Shown here piece by piece: positions 61,994-64,000 of a stretch of DNA of 64,000 nt (within the stretch, counting starts at the first letter, position 1; every line of letters starts with the position of its first letter). This DNA is from a virus. Its lineage: Duplodnaviria; Caudoviricetes. A program made the translations under genes and the position numbers. The DNA is taken from positions 13,727 through 77,726 of the IMG/VR virus record IMGVR_UViG_3300028887_000104, one strand, 5' to 3'. The notes beneath the pieces are model-generated. The model was given only the letters and a program-made list of their open reading frames with translations, searched no databases and was not told the origin of the DNA.

Positions 61994-62447
61994 AATGAAT
62001 GCAGTAATTTACTTGGATGTTCCTGACTGGCAGATTGGACAGGACGTTACAGTTTATTTCCCAGACACAATGGCGAAACGTGGAAAGTGCGAACTGCTGA
62101 AAGAGCAGGACGAATGGCTCCACAAAAAACAGCATGACATTGACAGGCTATGCAATGAAATCAGTGAATGGAAACACAAGTTTCATGACAAATCGCTGAA
62201 AGAGCAGGACGAATGGCTCCACAAAAAACAGCATGACATTGACAGGCTATGCAATGAAATCAGTGAATGGAAACACAAGTTTCATGACAAATCGCTGAAA
62301 GAGCAGGAAGCGGTCGTTCACCCAGAACCGTCATGCGAAATGACTTACATCACAGATTGTTGTTGCGATTTATGCGGTGTTCAGTTGATTCGTGAAGACA
62401 ATTTCTGCCGTTGTTGCGGGAAACGCATTGAATGGGAAGGTCGGTGA
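61994..62447 (+). CDS. Modular protein with 99-bp tandem duplication and zinc ribbon
   Basis: LKEQDEWLHKKQHDIDRLCNEISEWKHKFHDKS x2; start approximate. Confidence 0.6.
62097..62308 (+). repeat. Perfect 99-bp tandem duplication
   Basis: CTGAAAGAGCAGGA at 62097, 62196, 62295. Confidence 0.95.
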
Positions 62448-63240
62448 AGTGAATGAGTGACTCGGCTGCATTTGTAATGACGATTTCTATTGTTGCGGTT
62501 GGTGGTCTACTGTATACGGCGATTTACAGACTCGCTGAAATCATAAAAGATAAGAACTTCGTCAGAATAAACAACTTCGGCATTAAACGCTCGGAAATGG
62601 ATGAGCTTGTCCGGTGCAAGGATTGCAAACATGGGCAGTACGAAGAATGGGACAACGGGGAGTGCGTTGACAAGACTGTTTACTGTGATGGATATGGGAT
62701 TCACAAACCGGACTGGTTCTGTGCAGACGGTAAACAGAAAGATTGATTCGACAAATAGGAGTATTGCGAAGGAGTAGTTGTGGAATGAAAAAGATACCGA
62801 GAATTCACATAGAGGATTAATGCAAAAGGAGCGAAACGGGAATGATTAAGATAGAGCTTGAAATGGACAAGCCGAAGGAATGTCATGAATGTCCGTTTCA
62901 GTTAAAATTCAAGGATGATACCGTTGATGATTGGTATATGCGTCGGTGCGTGATAATCAATCAGATAATAGAATATCCTTTACCAGATTGGTGCCCGATA
63001 GAAGCAATAAATCAGACTTAAAGTCAACTTTGAATAAGGAGCGTACTGCATGGATATACGGAAAGACGTGCCGGGTCTTTGGTGCGATGACATCACGTTT
63101 TGTCAGGAAACCTGTGAACGCATGGATTGCCCACGAAACAAACACCACATTCGTGATAGGAGTGTGCCACATTCGTTTTCAATAGAAAGACCGTCAGATT
63201 GTCCAAAGGAAGTTGATGAAATAATTCGGGGGGAATAACA

Positions 63241-63450
63241 ATGACAGAGCAGATTGATTTCGGAACATGGTTTAAAAACGAGCTGCGGAAACAGGGAATT
63301 ACGCAATGGGATTTCGCTAACATGGTATATGTTGACCAGTCTGTTGTGAGCAAATGGTCCTGCGGGGCACGGATTCCTAAGTTTTCAGAGATGCAGAACA
63401 TCCTGGGTGCATTGGGGTACCATATTGAATTTGTAAAAAACGAGGCGTGA
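63241..63450 (+). CDS. XRE-family HTH protein
   Basis: ITQWDFANMVYVDQSVVSKWSCG. Confidence 0.75.
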   Translation: MTEQIDFGTWFKNELRKQGITQWDFANMVYVDQSVVSKWSCGARIPKFSEMQNILGALGYHIEFVKNEA

Positions 63451-63469
63451 CAGAACAGGAGAAATAATA

Positions 63470-63787
63470 ATGCTGATTAAAAAGATTGATGCCATGCACA
63501 GTCTGTACGGTGTACGGCAGAAAATGATTAACGGAAGGCCTGCTGTATGCGGAGACTGCCCATATTATCATTCTGGAAGATATCATGACAGGATTCTTCG
63601 GAAGTGCGAAGCATATGGGATGACACATTCTGAAGCTACTGATTGGAAGAGGAGCAATGAACCATGTGGTCTGATTGATCTTCAATTGCCGGATGATTTT
63701 GTTCCGGTAATTGATAGACTAAAACACGAAAGAATTCAAAAAGAAGAGCCAATACCAGGACAGATAGCAATGTTTGATAATTATTGA
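63470..63787 (+). CDS. Cys-rich hypothetical protein
   Basis: CGDC..., KCEAYG..., IPGQIAMFD tail. Confidence 0.6.
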   Translation: MLIKKIDAMHSLYGVRQKMINGRPAVCGDCPYYHSGRYHDRILRKCEAYGMTHSEATDWKRSNEPCGLIDLQLPDDFVPVIDRLKHERIQKEEPIPGQIAMFDNY

Positions 63788-64000
63788 GTAAAAACTTCGT
63801 AATATAAGCAAATTGCATATATTCACATTTATCGGAGTCATTTTTCTTTATTGCCTGATACCACGAAATGTGTTATTATTATTTCAGTATTGAATTAGAC
63901 CTTGTGTAAGGGGGAACTTATTTTATGTCGATAATTACACCGCTTATAACAGATACACATATTGTCATGTCCGTGTGACGTACATCAAATAATCTTCAGA

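Overview
Almost the whole window is one temperate, siphovirus-type phage, probably infecting a Clostridia-class Firmicute (inferred from sigma-A promoters, GGAGG RBSs and gene content). Gene order: GT8 fragment, terS, an inverted 4-kb island (FtsK-like motor, gp88-like protein, polar GGAGCG cluster), terL, HNH, portal, head genes interrupted by two glycosyl/glycerophospho-transferases, tail genes and a collagen-like tail fibre ending in an orphaned DGR-type variable region. A cassette array follows, delimited by 11 direct copies of a 10-bp site next to a tyrosine recombinase. Then come lysis, leftward replication/recombination genes, an immunity/integrase module with an intact attP (3' half of tRNA-Ser GCT) and a rightward accessory region. 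Two systems stand out. (1) At 49.4-51.2 kb a Cas7/RAMP-like gene is followed by a non-coding array with strict 5-nt periodicity (GGY+NN), split into 8 units by GGCAGGC, and an accessory gene. This is a candidate programmable RNA-guided system; from memory it matches the recently reported VIPR architecture. (2) At 31.7-36.4 kb there is a shufflon/integron-like gene-capture array whose site also lies inverted and in frame (D-H-I) inside the tail fibre gene; its cassettes are single ORFs or tRNA-like RNAs. All calls come from reading the sequence by eye; no searches were run.
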